Below are positions 1-13,321 of a DNA stretch of 64,000 bases, piece after piece. A program made the translations under genes and the position numbers. The DNA is taken from positions 18,022-82,021 of the forward strand of contig MU271207.1 in the NCBI GenBank assembly GCA_021432655.1, in the 5' to 3' direction. The DNA is from Atractiella rhizophila (Eukaryota). The notes under the pieces were generated by a model. That model saw nothing but the letters and a program-made list of their open reading frames with translations, was not told the origin of the DNA and ran no database searches. Position 1 is the first letter of the stretch. Every line of letters begins with the position of its first letter.

Positions 1-613
1 TTTACGCTGGACCAAAGCCACCACAAGTGCTCTTGAAACTGACGTCGCTGCTATTTCCGGCCGTCCATTCATCGGCTATTTTTAGGTTCCCTCTCTCGCA
101 CACAATCACAATCATGTGATTAGTGACAGCCATATCCAGTCCCAACTGTTTCCATCTCTATTGCTCCATTCACTTCCCTTCTCTGATTCACTTTCCGCTC
201 TTTCTGAAGGAAAGTGTTCTGTTTTCCCAAGTAAAGAAGCCCACTTAACATAAGGGGGACTGAACACAACCGTACTCTTTACTTTACCCTTGCATCGCAG
301 TCCCATTCTGAGCAATGCAATAAGAAACCATCCAGTCCTGACAAGTCTCCCACGCTCACACTGATACTGATACATGTAGCGAGTGAAATCTCCAAAAGAG
401 GAAGTCAGCGCCGTTTCATTTGAGTCCGCACCACTAGCTCACACATCCTTTCTTCATTTCATGGCCTGAATCTGAATATCCACCCTCCTTCGACTCCCAC
501 TCCGGTGTACTTAATTCAGCCACCCATATTCATATCACGCTCCTTCTTCTTACGTTCCCTCCTACCATCAACATCGACTTCGACATCGACATCGACTTCG
601 ACTTCGACTACAC

Positions 614-2529
614 ATGCTGCGGTTACCCCTTTTACCTCTGCCCCTCCTCCTCCCGCTCCGCCTCGCCCTCGGCGCCCCCCAACGCCTAGTAGTAGACGAC
701 ACCGACGCCCGCATCGAGTATTCCGGCGTACTCCCTTTCTCTTCTCCTTCCTCTAGATCGAAAGCTGAATGAATGGGGACGATGATGATGGGGGCAGTTG
801 TGGACGACCCAGTTCTCGGGAGCGGCGAACTTTCAGAATACCCTCCATACGACGTTCGATGTGTTTGGAAAGGCCGTCTTTGGTCCTTTTAATGGTGTGT
901 GAGCTCCTTCCTGTCTTGTCTTACGTACTCTGCGAGCATTCTTTCTCGCTTCCTTTTTCGATACTGTACATATTGAACATAAACTCTTTGATTTACATCG
1001 ACATTGAGTCGATTGATCTTTGATTCATGATGTAGATTCTGACATGTTGGATGGATGAAAGGCACCGCGATCTCCTACGTCGGCTCAACAAACGCCGTAA
1101 GCCCTCCCCCTCTCTCCCCCTCTCCACCCAACCCAACTACCCACCCAATATACCCAACTGAAGCGCATCCAAGGACCACGGCAAAGCCTCGTGCACGCTC
1201 GCGCAGCAGGGATCCGTCACCCAACAGGTGATCCAGTTCGACAGCCATGGTGCGGCGTTTAAGGGGCAGCAGACGTTGTGTACCTTTTCGAACCTCGATC
1301 CGAAGGTCTGGCTTCTCTCCTCCTCTCCTCTCTGTGTTGCAGTGTTGCAGTGTTGTAGTGTTGCTGTGTTTCGGTGGCTGATGGGATGGATGGTGGAACA
1401 GGCGCAGTATACGATCACCATTCAGAACGGTGAGTTTCGTCTTCTCGTCCAACAAGGAAAAGATACTGAGTGTGAATTATGGATGGATAGGGGAAGCACT
1501 GAAAGGAGTGGACGTCGACGCCTTCTTCATCACCTTCGACCCGTCCCTCCTCACCACCACCACCAGCAGCTCCAGCAGCACCTCCAGCAGCACCACCTCA
1601 CGCAGCACCAGCACCTCCTCCTCCTCTTCCAGCAGCACCATCACGCCCTCCACGCTCTTCCTCACCACCACCCCCTCCTCCGACCCGACCTCCAAAGCGT
1701 CCCTCAACGACACCACCGACCCCAAATCCAGCGGCGGCGTCTCCGGCGCCCTCATCGGCGGCATCATCGCCGCCTCCGTCCTCGCCCTCCTCATCGGCCT
1801 CGCCTTCTTCTGGTACCGAAAGAAGACGAAGGACAGGCAGCGGGAGAGCGCAATCATCTTTCCCTTCCAGAAGGACGGCAATAGGGACTCCATACAGCTC
1901 TCCAGACCCATGTCTACCGCTTTCAACTCCGCTTCCTTCGGCGGTGGAGGTGTAGGAGGGGGTGGCATGGGTGGGGGGCGGACTGACACGCCTCCCTTCT
2001 GCGAACTACGATCCACCCGCGTCAGCCTCTGCCTCCGCCGTCGGAGGGTACGGGGGATACAGCGGTGTCGGAGGAGGGTACGACAGCGGCATGGGGATGG
2101 GGATGGGGACGGTGCGAGAGCGGCGGATGTCGCTGGGGAGCACCGTCGAAGACCCCTTCGCGGGCGGCGTCCCCGCTGGCCTTCCGTACCCCGGTTCGAC
2201 GGCTGCTCCACCCTCTGGCGCGACCCAGGCTGGGTATCAACACCCGCAGGCGATGGGGATGTCGGTGGAGTATGGGGGTGCGGGAGGAATGAACCCGTAT
2301 GGAGGGATGGGGGACGATTATGTGCCTCAGACGCTTCGGCCAGGCGGTGGTGCTTATCCCGTACGTCTTTTTCCTCCTTTATCTCTGGAGAGACCACTGC
2401 CTATGTGTTATGCATCCGTATTGCGTACTGAGCGTGATGGTGGTGTAGCAGGCGCAACAGAACTACTACAACTACGGACAGCCCGCCCCTCCTCCCCAGC
2501 ACGAAAAACTGGAGGGGGTACTAACCTAA
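614..2529 (+). CDS. Type I membrane protein: signal peptide, extracellular domain(s), Ser/Thr-rich stalk, one TM helix, Gly/Tyr-rich tail; multi-exon
   Basis: ATG at 614 gives MLRLPLLPLPLLLPLRLALGA then VVDDTDARIEYSG. A poly-S/T stalk precedes TM GALIGGIIAASVLALLIGLAFFWYRKK. There is an apparent frameshift in the G-run near 1970. Confidence 0.75.
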
Positions 2530-2628
2530 CCCTTACACTTACACTCACACTCCACCCTTCCGTCTGAGTATGGTGTCGCGTTGCCTCCTTATTCATTGAT
2601 TGGTGGTCCATTGACCACTCACATATGT

Positions 2629-2659
2629 TTTTTGTTTGTTTGTTTGTTTGTTTTGTTTG
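2629..2659. repeat. (TTTG)n microsatellite
   Basis: Run of tttg repeats visible directly. Confidence 0.8.
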
Positions 2660-3341
2660 AAGGAGTGGAGTTGAGAACCAGCCACGGCGCTGACTGACTG
2701 CTGGTGCATTCTTCCTTTCGAATTTCTTGTCCTATTACCTACGAATCGTACCGTGCAACGCGCGCCATTTGCTTTGAAATTCATCCTCACTTACTTGTTC
2801 GTTCCACCCTCACCTCGATAAATGATGGAAATCAACCTGTAAGAGCGTCCTACGACTTGTACGTTCACAGTGCTTTGCACTAAATCGAAATTGTGGTTCT
2901 TATTTTTACTCTTTGAATATCGAATATCTGATGGGTTTGTCACTCAGTCAAACAGGACTATGTACAGCCCACAGATAGATCTGGACATTTCAGTCCCAGC
3001 TGCCAGCTGCCAGCCCAGCCGTAGTGGACTGGACAAGAGAGCATCTACCAAGACCCGTGAGCATCGTCTTTCCCGGTACCCCAGTTCCGCAATCGCATGC
3101 TCTCCACACCTTCTTTATCCTATCAATGCGATGAGGAGCGAGAGCCTCCGAGGAGCCGACCAGGAGGTCGAAAAGGCAGCCGAGATGTCGTCTCTCTATA
3201 AAAAGGTGCTCTCTTGACCTCTCACGTCTCTCCTCGCATTCCGAAAGGTATTTCCAGGTAGGTCCTTCCTATTCCTTCTTTCTTCCCAGCCTAGGAGTCT
3301 TGGAGGAGGGAAGTGTACTCATTGTCTCGATTGGGAATAGA

Positions 3342-3613
3342 ATGAGGTTCTTCGTCACTGCTCTCATCGCCGCTCTCGCTGCCACCGTCGTCGCCAATCC
3401 CGTTCTCGAAGACAGGTGCGTCAAACTTTGAGCTTGTGGTAGGACTTTGACGACAGTTGGCTGATGCCGGCTGGACGACTGTACAGGGCGGATTGCGAGT
3501 GCAGCTGTGACGCCGTGGTCATGTGCAAGTTCTGTGGAATCGCGTACGCTGCCTCCTCTTCGTACAAGAATGATCATGATCCACCAACTGATGAGAACTC
3601 GCGCAGGTGCTAA
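3342..3613 (+). CDS. Small secreted Cys-rich peptide precursor A (45 aa, 6 Cys)
   Basis: Exons 3342-3415, 3487-3543 and 3607-3613 give MRFFVTALIAALAATVVANPVLEDR-ADCECSCDAVVMCKFCGIAC*. Introns are GT-AG, TATAAAA lies near 3197, and a probable 5'-UTR intron ends at 3340. Confidence 0.75.
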
Positions 3614-4566
3614 ATACTCGAATACTCGCAACTTCGACTTCGAGTTCAGAGTGGAGCAGTGGACGCTCTCAGACATGGATGCTTTGTCTCCTAACCATGC
3701 TAGATCGTTTTGCAATGGATGCGTGCCTTGCTCTCTTGGCTCTCAATTACTCCTATCTGAATTCAAAAGATATACCCCGCCTTCGATAAAGAAGGATGCT
3801 TCGGACACTTCTTGCGCTGGTATAAAACATGCTTCTGACCTTCAGCTTTGACAACCTGTTCTTTCTTTTTCTTCATAGAACAAACATGGCTCACACAAGC
3901 AGCGTCACTTGGATCTTCATTATTGCTCTCGTCATGTTGTCCAACACTGACATTCGTGCAAGGTGAGAAGGAAATTCTGCATGATTAATGGCTTCTGCAT
4001 TAATTCAATGGTTCTGCCAGAAGTTGTGAATGTAGCTGTCCCGTTCCTAGCTCTTGTCTCGCTGAATGTGGCACAATGTAGGCCTTGCAGTAGGGCCAAC
4101 CAAGTGATTGCTAATGATGCTCAAATCCAGATGCGACTGAACAACCCGTCTCAACTGCTGGATAGCTTTTCGGGAAGGCTGAATTCACACACATACAGTT
4201 ATACAGTATTCTGGCGCCACCAGCTGTTCATACGACATCACATAGCAAACTAAAGGCTGTCATTCTTTCTTATCATCTGAGTTGAGATGTACACCTTTTC
4301 AAAGTTTTGAATACAATAAATTCTTGGCATACATTTTCTTGTCGTGCACTGAAACCCTCTCTAATGGCAGAGCTGGTAAGAGATGATCCAGACGCAGCCT
4401 GTTCAACGACCCCTAAACCAATTAGAGGCGAACTCAGGCTGTTAGACCCACCCTCTGTCGCTGTATGACTCGGTTTCGTTGAGAATATATTTATATTTCT
4501 ACTGAAAGATCGAAAGTAGAACAGAACTCTTTATTTTTATATAGTGAGAGAAGTAGTGATTTAAAA

Positions 4567-5336
4567 ATGGCGTTGACAGAAGTTCAAGCAGCTAAGGTAA
4601 AGCATTAAAAACCGTCATGTCACTGCTCCCGCTGAGAACGCCTGCCAAAGATTCCTTATCGACAGATTCGAGCAGTCTACGACAAGGACACCATAACAGT
4701 TTATCAAGCCTTTTCGAAGACCATAGCAGAGCAGGCAGTCGCTGCACAGAATCTCGCTGCTTCGCCGTCTTTCAAACATGGTCGAATGACTTGGATCAAA
4801 CCTTCATGGTGTTGGATGATGTACCCTTCTATCATTTTCCACCTCTGATGGCCAAACAGCTGACATTGAAGTTGAGGTATCGCTGTGGTTATTCCTACAA
4901 GGACGCGGGACAAGCGCGTGTGCTCGCCATCAAGCTCTCCCAGGAACATTTCCTCCACCTACTGCGCATCGCCCATCTGTCGCATGCTTCACATATGAAG
5001 CAGCTAAATGAGAAAGAAGACGAGGATTCCGGAGTTAGGGTGCAGTGGGATCCAGAGAGGGGACCACGATTACAGAAGTACGACCATCGCAGCCTACAGT
5101 TAGGCATTCCAGGTCATTTGAGCAAGAGCTATGTAGAGGAATGGATTCGAGGAATTGAGGACGTGACATGGAGAGCGACTGGATTGAAGAAAGTACTGGA
5201 TGAGAATCCGGACGCGACGGAAGATGAACTGAGGGCTGGCGGTTGGTTGCCGGAAGAAAAAGTGTATGAAGTGCCAGAGGATATTGTGGCAAGACTCGAG
5301 ATGTTTAGTGAAGTAAAACCCCAAATATTGAGATAG
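4567..5336 (+). CDS. DUF4291 family protein
   Basis: Spliced motifs RQIRAVYDKDTITVYQAF, RMTWIKPSWCWMMY-RCGYSYKD, VRVQWDPER and RSLQLGI. Confidence 0.85.
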
Positions 5337-6142
5337 AGAAGGAAGTCTACAGATAATGTGTAGAACACAGAAATGGCGCTGAGTTCTCATTTGATACAGT
5401 TCTATATTTTGTCTTACAAAACGTAACTCAATGATACGCATCACCGTTAAATAACTTTCTAACGCCATCAGAGGTCACGAGGTAATCAAAGCATACGATC
5501 CTCTACTCCCACATTATCTACTTATCCTACAGCTCGTTTCTTGTAGGAGCAAGAAGGCAGCATTTGAAAGCTAATGCATCTAAACCTTCTCAGCATAAGC
5601 AAACAGGATTGACAGCAAAAAGCTTGCGAAGAATGTTGAACATTGAGAAGTGTTGAATCCGAACAAAAGCTCAGAGACATTCTCTTGCTTTCTCTTCAGC
5701 TCTAGATTGCATCGAAGGCCACCATTTACTGTTCTTACAAAGCGTTCACACACATCGTTCCTCATCGTTTCTACCACAAGTAGTGATGATAGATCATTAA
5801 GAAGGTCCTTCAATCCAGAAGAAAAGGATCTGAGCAGTTTCTCCTCTCCCAGCGATGCATAAATAAGTGAAAAAAACTGACAGTGCAGCTTTCCTAAACT
5901 CTCCCCCATCCTTCCCTATACCATCAAGCTCATTGCCCAGGCCGCGCTCAATGACTCAAGTCTCTTTCATACCTCCCTTCTTATCGTATCCAAAGAAACC
6001 ATCAATCAAACCTCCAATCCTCTGATCAAATTGGTCAACATCGGGTATACTCGATACCTTCCCTCAATTGATCGATCTCTGTACCAACCTCACAAAATTA
6101 AGCGAGCATCAAGCAATATCAGTATCAAACCATCGACCCAGG

Positions 6143-8743
6143 ATGTACATCGAGCTCTCTTCCAGCACGCTAGGCTCTCAAATTCTGTCCTGTTCGGACG
6201 AGTTCTTCGCTCCAGCGTCCTCCCTTCTGCTTCCTCACGTTCGTCCCTCCTCCCCCAGTCCTACATTATCTAATTGTGATTGGGCGTGATGATCAGGACC
6301 CGAAAAGTCTCAAAGGCCAGTACGGTCCTAATGGCGCTCTGTACGATGGATGGGAGACTCGTCGACATAACCCGACGTTCGATTGGTGCGTTTTTACACA
6401 CTCATTGCTTTTCCAATCTTCCTTTGTTCTTTGAGGAAGATCTTGCTAATCACAAGTAGCTGAGATCCTTAAGCGTGCCATTTTTCTCTTCTTATACATG
6501 CGCATTTGCGGAGTCCTGTATGAGACATTTTCAGTTATACTTGCACAACTGTGCAGCTTACGCTGATGTGCTTTAAGTTTCGGAAATGGAGCATATTACC
6601 ATATATATGGATGTGTTACAACATCGTACAACATGAGACTGTCACCTTTGCAACACATCGCCAGAATACAGCGCAGTCAGTAGCTAAAGATATATATATT
6701 TTATAAATCTCGTCCATACTTCAGCTTCAACAGTATTCCTTTCCTTTTTGTCTCACTACCTACTCATGTTTTCATTCGCTATGTAGGGCTATTATCAAAC
6801 TGGCATGTTTGGGACAAATCGAAAAATTTGTGCTAGACACCACACATTTCAGTGGAAACGAAGCACCAGCGGCAGAAGTGTGGGGGCTCCGCATCTCTGA
6901 CGAAGAAGCAGAAAGAGAAGATGTGAGAGAGAACGATGAGCGGGTGGGGTCTATTTTGTCCGTCATTCCGATTGAAATCTTTGCTCTTGTAGTGGATGCA
7001 GCTCCTCCCATGCTCTCCCCTCGGTCCTTCAGCCGTACACACCTTCCAAATCTCTCCCTCGGAACCAGTGAACCGTCTCAAAGGCATGCATCTTCTTTCT
7101 TTTTCCCGCTTCTACTTCAGATCTCACTCGTTCATCAGTGCTCATGATTCCTGATGGTGGCCTTTCCCGTCTACGAGCCATTGGCAGAGTGATCCCTCCG
7201 GCTTTCCAGCCAGGATGGAAGGGAGAGCTCGCAAGCGTTTTACTCGGGGCCACGATTGTGGAAGAGAGCGATAGACACTTTGGAGCTGGAGAGAACATCT
7301 TAAAACCCGGAAGGGGGTTTGACGTCCGTTTTCTTGCGCTTTGCTCCGCAGTGGATGAAAATTGAAGCTAATATCGTCCATTGGTGTTAGATGAGCGATG
7401 GATGGGAGACGAGGAGGAGCAGAGTGGTGGGGAAGAAGGATTGGGTCGTTGTTCGTTTGTCTGTCTTCCATCCTCCTTCCTTGACGTTTCAAGACAAGCG
7501 AGCTGAAGGTTAGGGGCAGAGCGACCCCCGGATATGTGGATTGGGTGGAAATTGACACGAAAAACTTCATTGGGAACTTCCCAGAGAGTGCTGAGGTGCT
7601 AGGTGCTTACTCAGTATGCAGACTTTCTAACGTATCAAATCGACTGTTGACGTTCTTTTTTGATACAGGACGGTCAAGATCCGCCCGCGACTAGTGAAGA
7701 ATTATGGACTCCGCTAGTTGCTCGCACAAAGTTGGGACCGGACGCTAGGGCTTGCTTTGCACTTGAACCATCCTTGAAGGAGAAAAGGTTCAGTCATGTG
7801 AAATTGGTAATATACCCTGGTGCGCCAGTTCCTTTAATTATACAACGCATAACTCGAGTTTAATTGCTTGATGGCGAGAAGATGGAGGTGTCAAGCGTCT
7901 GCGGATCCATGGTCGAGTCTCTCTAGACGGCTCTGCTGCTGAACTCCCGATTGATGGCTCTGGAACACAATCTCAGCTCCCTACATCTGCCCTCAACAAA
8001 CTATCCATCCCTGCCCTACCAATATCTCCTCTTACCTACTCCCCCTATGGGAAAGTCCTGCAGTCGTACACCTCTCCCGATCTCGCCCCTCCCTCTATTC
8101 GGAAAACGGCCACAAGTGCGAACTTCGGAACTGCTATCAAGTATAACAACCTAGCAGATCTCGAGTTCTTACCTGCGCCGGGAGAACAGAAGGTGGTGCC
8201 GAATTTATGCATCTTCAAAGCAAACAAGTGGGAGGGAAGGCGCTTGAAAGCTCTTGAGAGACACAGTTTGAGCACGCAGGTGTTTTCACCTTTAGGTGCC
8301 AGCGAAGGGACAAATTATCTTGTCGTCGTGGCTTTGAATGGTGCAGGTGAGTTAGATTCCCATCCTCTTGTTTAAATCCTCTATCTCGTCTCTCGCAAAA
8401 AAGCTCTCACTGCTAGTCCTAACTGTTGTTATCGATGTAATTTGGGAGACAGATGATAAACCAGACCTCAAGACCCTCAAGGCTTTTGTCGCTAGTGGGA
8501 AGCAAGGAATAACCTATAGACCGGGGGTGTGGCATCATCCTCTGCTTGCTATCGACGCCGTTAGTCCCCTTTATTTTGCGGTGAAGGGGGCAAGATGCTA
8601 ATACATAATCAATTGGATGTGGACAGGACATGGACTTTACCTGCATCGTAGCTGAGACAGGGGTGAAGGAGCTGGACTGCGAGCTCGTCGAGTTTGATCG
8701 GTTAGGCGTGGAGGTTGAGGTTGAAGATGTGAAGTTGGATTAA
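6143..8743 (+). CDS. DAL2-DAL3: Allantoicase (two repeats) fused to ureidoglycolate lyase; true start may lie slightly upstream
   Basis: Allantoicase motifs [47 protein letters not shown] and DGGVKRLR. These run in frame into [20 protein letters not shown] and [14 protein letters not shown]. Confidence 0.9.
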
Positions 8744-9032
8744 CCATGTGTACCTTAGATCAATAGTCACATTTGGTGCAACGTATCAAACGTACTGAAA
8801 TGCTTAGATAGCCTCAGCCGAACACTCTTTGTCACAGCTGGATCACTTTTCTGATCTTTATCGCAATTTGTGTACCGGAGAGAATCCCTCTTGATTTTCT
8901 CTTTTGATTGATTACGAAGATGTGGCAGGTCAGCTAATATGGCGTGATACAACTTCGATTGTTTGCATTGCATTGGGTATACAACTATCGCTGAAGCGAG
9001 TGTGTAGGACGTGGTTGATAGGATTCAATCCC

Positions 9033-10444
9033 TTATGATCCCCACACGGTAGAAACGTATCCGATAGGCTGCGATATTCAGCTTGAGTGCGACAAGATTT
9101 TTGGACGAAAGAACGACAAACCTGATTAGGATATTGCTTTTGCAGTAAAACACGTCGATCAGCCAAGTAACAAAACACTCAAAGAAACTTACCCAGACCA
9201 TGAGTCCAGCTGTCACAGGACGTCAGCTCCAGAATCAAGAACAAAAACAGAGGATCGTACCATTCCATCCCTTCCCTTTGGCCTGCTGCACGCAGGTAGC
9301 AAGCGTAGCAGGATCGACGTATCCATTGCTAGCATCTCCGGTGCTTGCAGGCTTGCCAATAAGCAGTTTATCAGCTGGAACCCCCTTAGCGACGATTTCA
9401 AACAGTGAGGTGTGAGGCCACTGAGATCCTGATGTGTTGAGGAGTGATTCGCAAGTGGTGTAGTCATTCTGATTGTAGACTGTAAACTCTCTGCCATCAG
9501 CACATGAAGCAATGGATGCACAAAGAATGGAGGAGCTGAAACCCACACTGAACGTTGTACCAGTCGATTTGGTCTCCGACCTCTTCGTGAATTCGAACGT
9601 ATCCTCCCCCTGGGTATTTGCCATTATCAGCAAACCATGGAGCCAACGGTGCCGATCTGTTTTTGCATTAGCACGGGAGGAGCGTCTGCCGAAGAAACTG
9701 TATACGTGATGATATAATCAGGTCCAAGATTGGTCCTCAGTTGTTTAATCATGGTGATGAGCCAATCCTCCGCTGTGCCACCGTTGAACGCATCGAAATC
9801 TTCATAATCCAAATCGGCTCCCTGTATCATATGTAAGTTGAAGTTGCTTGCAACATCAAGTGAGGAAGCCTACGTGGAGATTGTATGTCTTCACAAAGTC
9901 TGCGAGCTCATTAGCTGCAGTGATAGGATCGACACCAGCAGTTGTAGGGCTTTCAGTAGATCCTAATGCCATAAAACCTCAACAAGCTAACCCGCAATCT
10001 TCCAAAGACGAGCTCACCATAAGCGCTAATGATGAGTTTCGCGCCTTTCTCCCATTCATGAGTTTAAATCAATCACTGTAGAGCTTTGAGTGGCATACCG
10101 ACAGCATCGTATTCCGCTCTATACGCAGCCCTCTGCTCATCGGTAAGTGATACCCATCCCTGAGCCATATCGAGCGGTCCCCTTCCGGAGGTCCAGAAGG
10201 AAAGCAGGAAAGCATTCCAGCCATCCAAAGCCGTCGCGTTTGGGGGAGCACCCATATTAGACCTATTATGTAAGTGAGCTGAGGGAGCAGTTTCAACGTT
10301 GGGGACGGAGACGAACCAGTTGTCAGAGTAGATGGCGAAGTGAGGTGGGTTCTGAGCTAGAATGCTAGCCGTACCATTGACGACTGGAAGGGCAAGAGCG
10401 GAGCTGGCGAGGAGTGAAAGTGCAGCAGTGATGTAGGTATTCAT
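9033..10444 (-). CDS. Secreted glycoside hydrolase family 18 chitinase
   Basis: Signal peptide MNTYITAALSLLASSALA, catalytic GADLDYE (DxDxE), KLLIGKP and AGLMVW; multi-exon. Confidence 0.9.
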
Positions 10445-12026
10445 GTTCAAGAGAATGGAAAAAAGAAGTCGGTATATCAAACGAAAGAACGGAAGTGATT
10501 GAAAAGTAGATGGTCAAGATGACGGATGAGACCTTTTATAGCTCCACAATCAAGCAGTGAAGGAAGGCACTGTTACCGCCACTGTGCCATACCTCATTCG
10601 TGTGATTGAGGTGGGACGCCGATTGCCAATTGTCGCAGATCTTCGGGCATCACGAGTGTCTGTTATGGCTAAGTACTAAGTACTGTATCTGGGGGAGGAG
10701 GTGCAAGGTGCGAGAGGTGCCTTACTCCATTCCGTCCGCCACTATCCGCGTGGAGAGCGATGGCTGTCCCCGACAGGTGGAGCAGATCGACACCTAGGAG
10801 GGAGGCCTTGTGTTCACCACCAAAACAATGTGATGATGAACCGATAGCGAAGGAAACAATATTGGAGTGCAAGAGCAAAGTGTAACGTGGGTTAGCAACG
10901 TAAGATGGGTTTGGAGGTGCCGAGAGCATTCTACACCACAGCTGCTCGTAAGACACAGGACAAGCTGTCGGCGTGAATGAACTCCACATATTATATCCTC
11001 ACCCCCATCGACGGTCCCGGTGGACAGACAAAGGGCAAATCACCAAATCCCTAGCATGAAAACGCCGTGACTCCGCGAGCATGAAAAGTTGGCACCAAAC
11101 CGGAAACATGTGTTTCCTTCCTTTGCGTGAGTACCCCAGCTATCACTTGTGATAGCGTGCCCAGTGTCCATCGCAAGACACTCCAAAATTCTATGCCAAT
11201 CATTGTTACTCCCTCGAGCTTGAAGAGCATCGTCTAACACCTGTCACCAGACATCGATGGGAGAGTGCCTCAAAATCAAAGCATCATGACGGCTGACTTG
11301 AGCCCTTTGTCATAATTCGCGCAGCGCCGACAACAACAGAATCAACTTGTCAAATTGCAGACAATAGAGAGAGGCACTTGGAGATACTATGATCGTGTCG
11401 AGTTCGTGCCAAGCATAAAAGGAGGCAGGCAGCTCTGGCGCAGATTAGCACCGTCAACACGTAGGACATAAAACCACAGTCCTCTCGCAACTACAGGAAG
11501 TCTAGAGCTAAATTATTTTCAGGATAACGTACATGTCTCTTTGTAGGCCTACCGTTCCGCTCCAAAAACATAATGCTCATAGCCTTATGGCAATTACACC
11601 CTCATCTCGTTTACGCGTCTAACCAGTCTAATCGTTTGGTGAGGGGCCTGCAGATGCCTGCTTAATCTGCTTCAAGTTAAGCCGTTTTTCAAGTTTGTCA
11701 CGCCTTTTGAAATTGAGTCACAAGGCAACTGCACGCAAACTGGTGACGATGCGAAGTATAACTTCACGTCACGGGCTTGGTGCGTCTCCTTTTTTTCAGA
11801 GTCAAGCGAGTCTCCCTGTGTAAAAACACGTATGTTGAAGCACATTGTTGCACCGCCCAAATCTGCCTTCAGGTCTTTACATTTTCTATTCTTCGAGTTA
11901 CGTATCGTTGGCTACCTCCCGCTGGCGAAGAATACAGCATATCGTTCCAGAGACAATCACCTCCACTTGTTCATACACACAGATCCTTATTTGCAACAGG
12001 ATACATTCAAGTTGTCTTGTTCAACG

Positions 12027-13321
12027 TTACTCTCTCAAGAGAGCTTTCTTGTTATCCTCCACGAACTGCTTCCAGCTCTTCGGTTTGCGTGAAAGGAAAG
12101 CGTTGCTCTTGCCATCCTCCGCTTTACTCCCATAATCTATGTGTCGAGTTCAGCACCGTCGTATGAAGCACTTGGGACACATCTTACATCCAACTTGGTT
12201 TACAGCTCCATAAAAGTCAGCGAAGTCCTCCTGCACGACTTTTGGCAGCTTCCCAAAAGCGGGGGAGTTTTCAAAAGGTACATATTTATACTGTGTCTGT
12301 TTGCCCGTCACTTTACGCAGCTTGATTAGTCCATCCCCTCTATCTGCGGCAAGGAAATACGGAGGTGATTGAAGGCAAATGACGGACCTTGCCCGAATTG
12401 GTTCACCATCTCTTGTAATGTCAGCTCTTCCGAGAATGCGCGGACTATAGAACCATCAGGAAACTCGTTCTCGTGCTCCAGAGCCTCTTGCACAAAGATC
12501 CCGTAGTCGTTTGCGATGTCGATGGTCGCAAGTTTGGTGTCCGCCGTCCACCCAGTGGAGCAGACGTACGATCCGTCTTCTTGTTTTCTGAACCCCAAGT
12601 TCTCACCAAGGAAGTTCTGCATGTAGGCGGCCGGCTAGTCATCCGTTACCACATCCGTAAATCCCATATTATGCATGTTGCGGGAAGTGCAACCGAAGGC
12701 GACGCACCTCAATCGTTACCGCACGAACTTCGGGACGCGTCTTGCTCTTCTCAAATAGATACTGTGTCCCCTTTGCCTTCGCCTCGAAATGGTACACTTT
12801 GGAATATTTCCCCTTCGTGTGCGCTGCGTAGGAAGTGAGGCCAGACCAAAGGAAGGCTTTGAGGGTTGGGATGGAGAAAGCGGTGTCGACGACGAGCTTG
12901 ATTTCGTTGTATTCCTTTCACATCGATAGGGTAAGCATTCACTGTCTCGATTTAGATACACGACTCACACGTTCCATATCAGTGTGAGCCCAGAAATCCG
13001 TCACTGCCTGCCAAACACAAACACAAATCTCTCAGCGCTTTCTCTTTCGCTGCGCCTACAGGAACGACCTACAAAGACGACTTCAACCCCCTCGAAGGCT
13101 TTCTTCACCCCTTCCTCATTCCCAACCGCCACAGTCGCCGCTCTCATCACCACTCCCTCTCCTTCCAGCTTCTTCGCCTTTTCGCCCGTCACATTCCTCG
13201 TGATCCCAATCAACTTGTACGGTTTCGACGACGCGCGAAGCGCAGAATAGACACTCCCTCCTTGAGCACCAGTGATGCCGATGATGGCGACGGTCAGAGC
13301 GTTGGCGTCAGTGGAGAGCAT
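12027..13321 (-). CDS. NmrA-like NAD(P)-binding Rossmann protein
   Basis: IIGITGAQGGSV, KAFEGVEVVF and IDIANDYGIFV. The last exon ends KPKSWKQFVEDNKKALLRE*. Confidence 0.85.

Noticed and set aside
505..756. ORF with STSTST and Arg/Pro runs
   Set aside because: It is an off-frame reading of a TCGAC(A/T) microsatellite and the signal-peptide exon of the gene starting at 614.
1228..1884. His/Gln-rich ORF resembling a metal-binding protein
   Set aside because: Its His/Gln-rich part is a shadow frame of the Ser/Thr stalk of the membrane protein.
5580..5909. Minus-strand 109-aa ORF
   Set aside because: No recognisable motif, and I could not build a consistent gene model.
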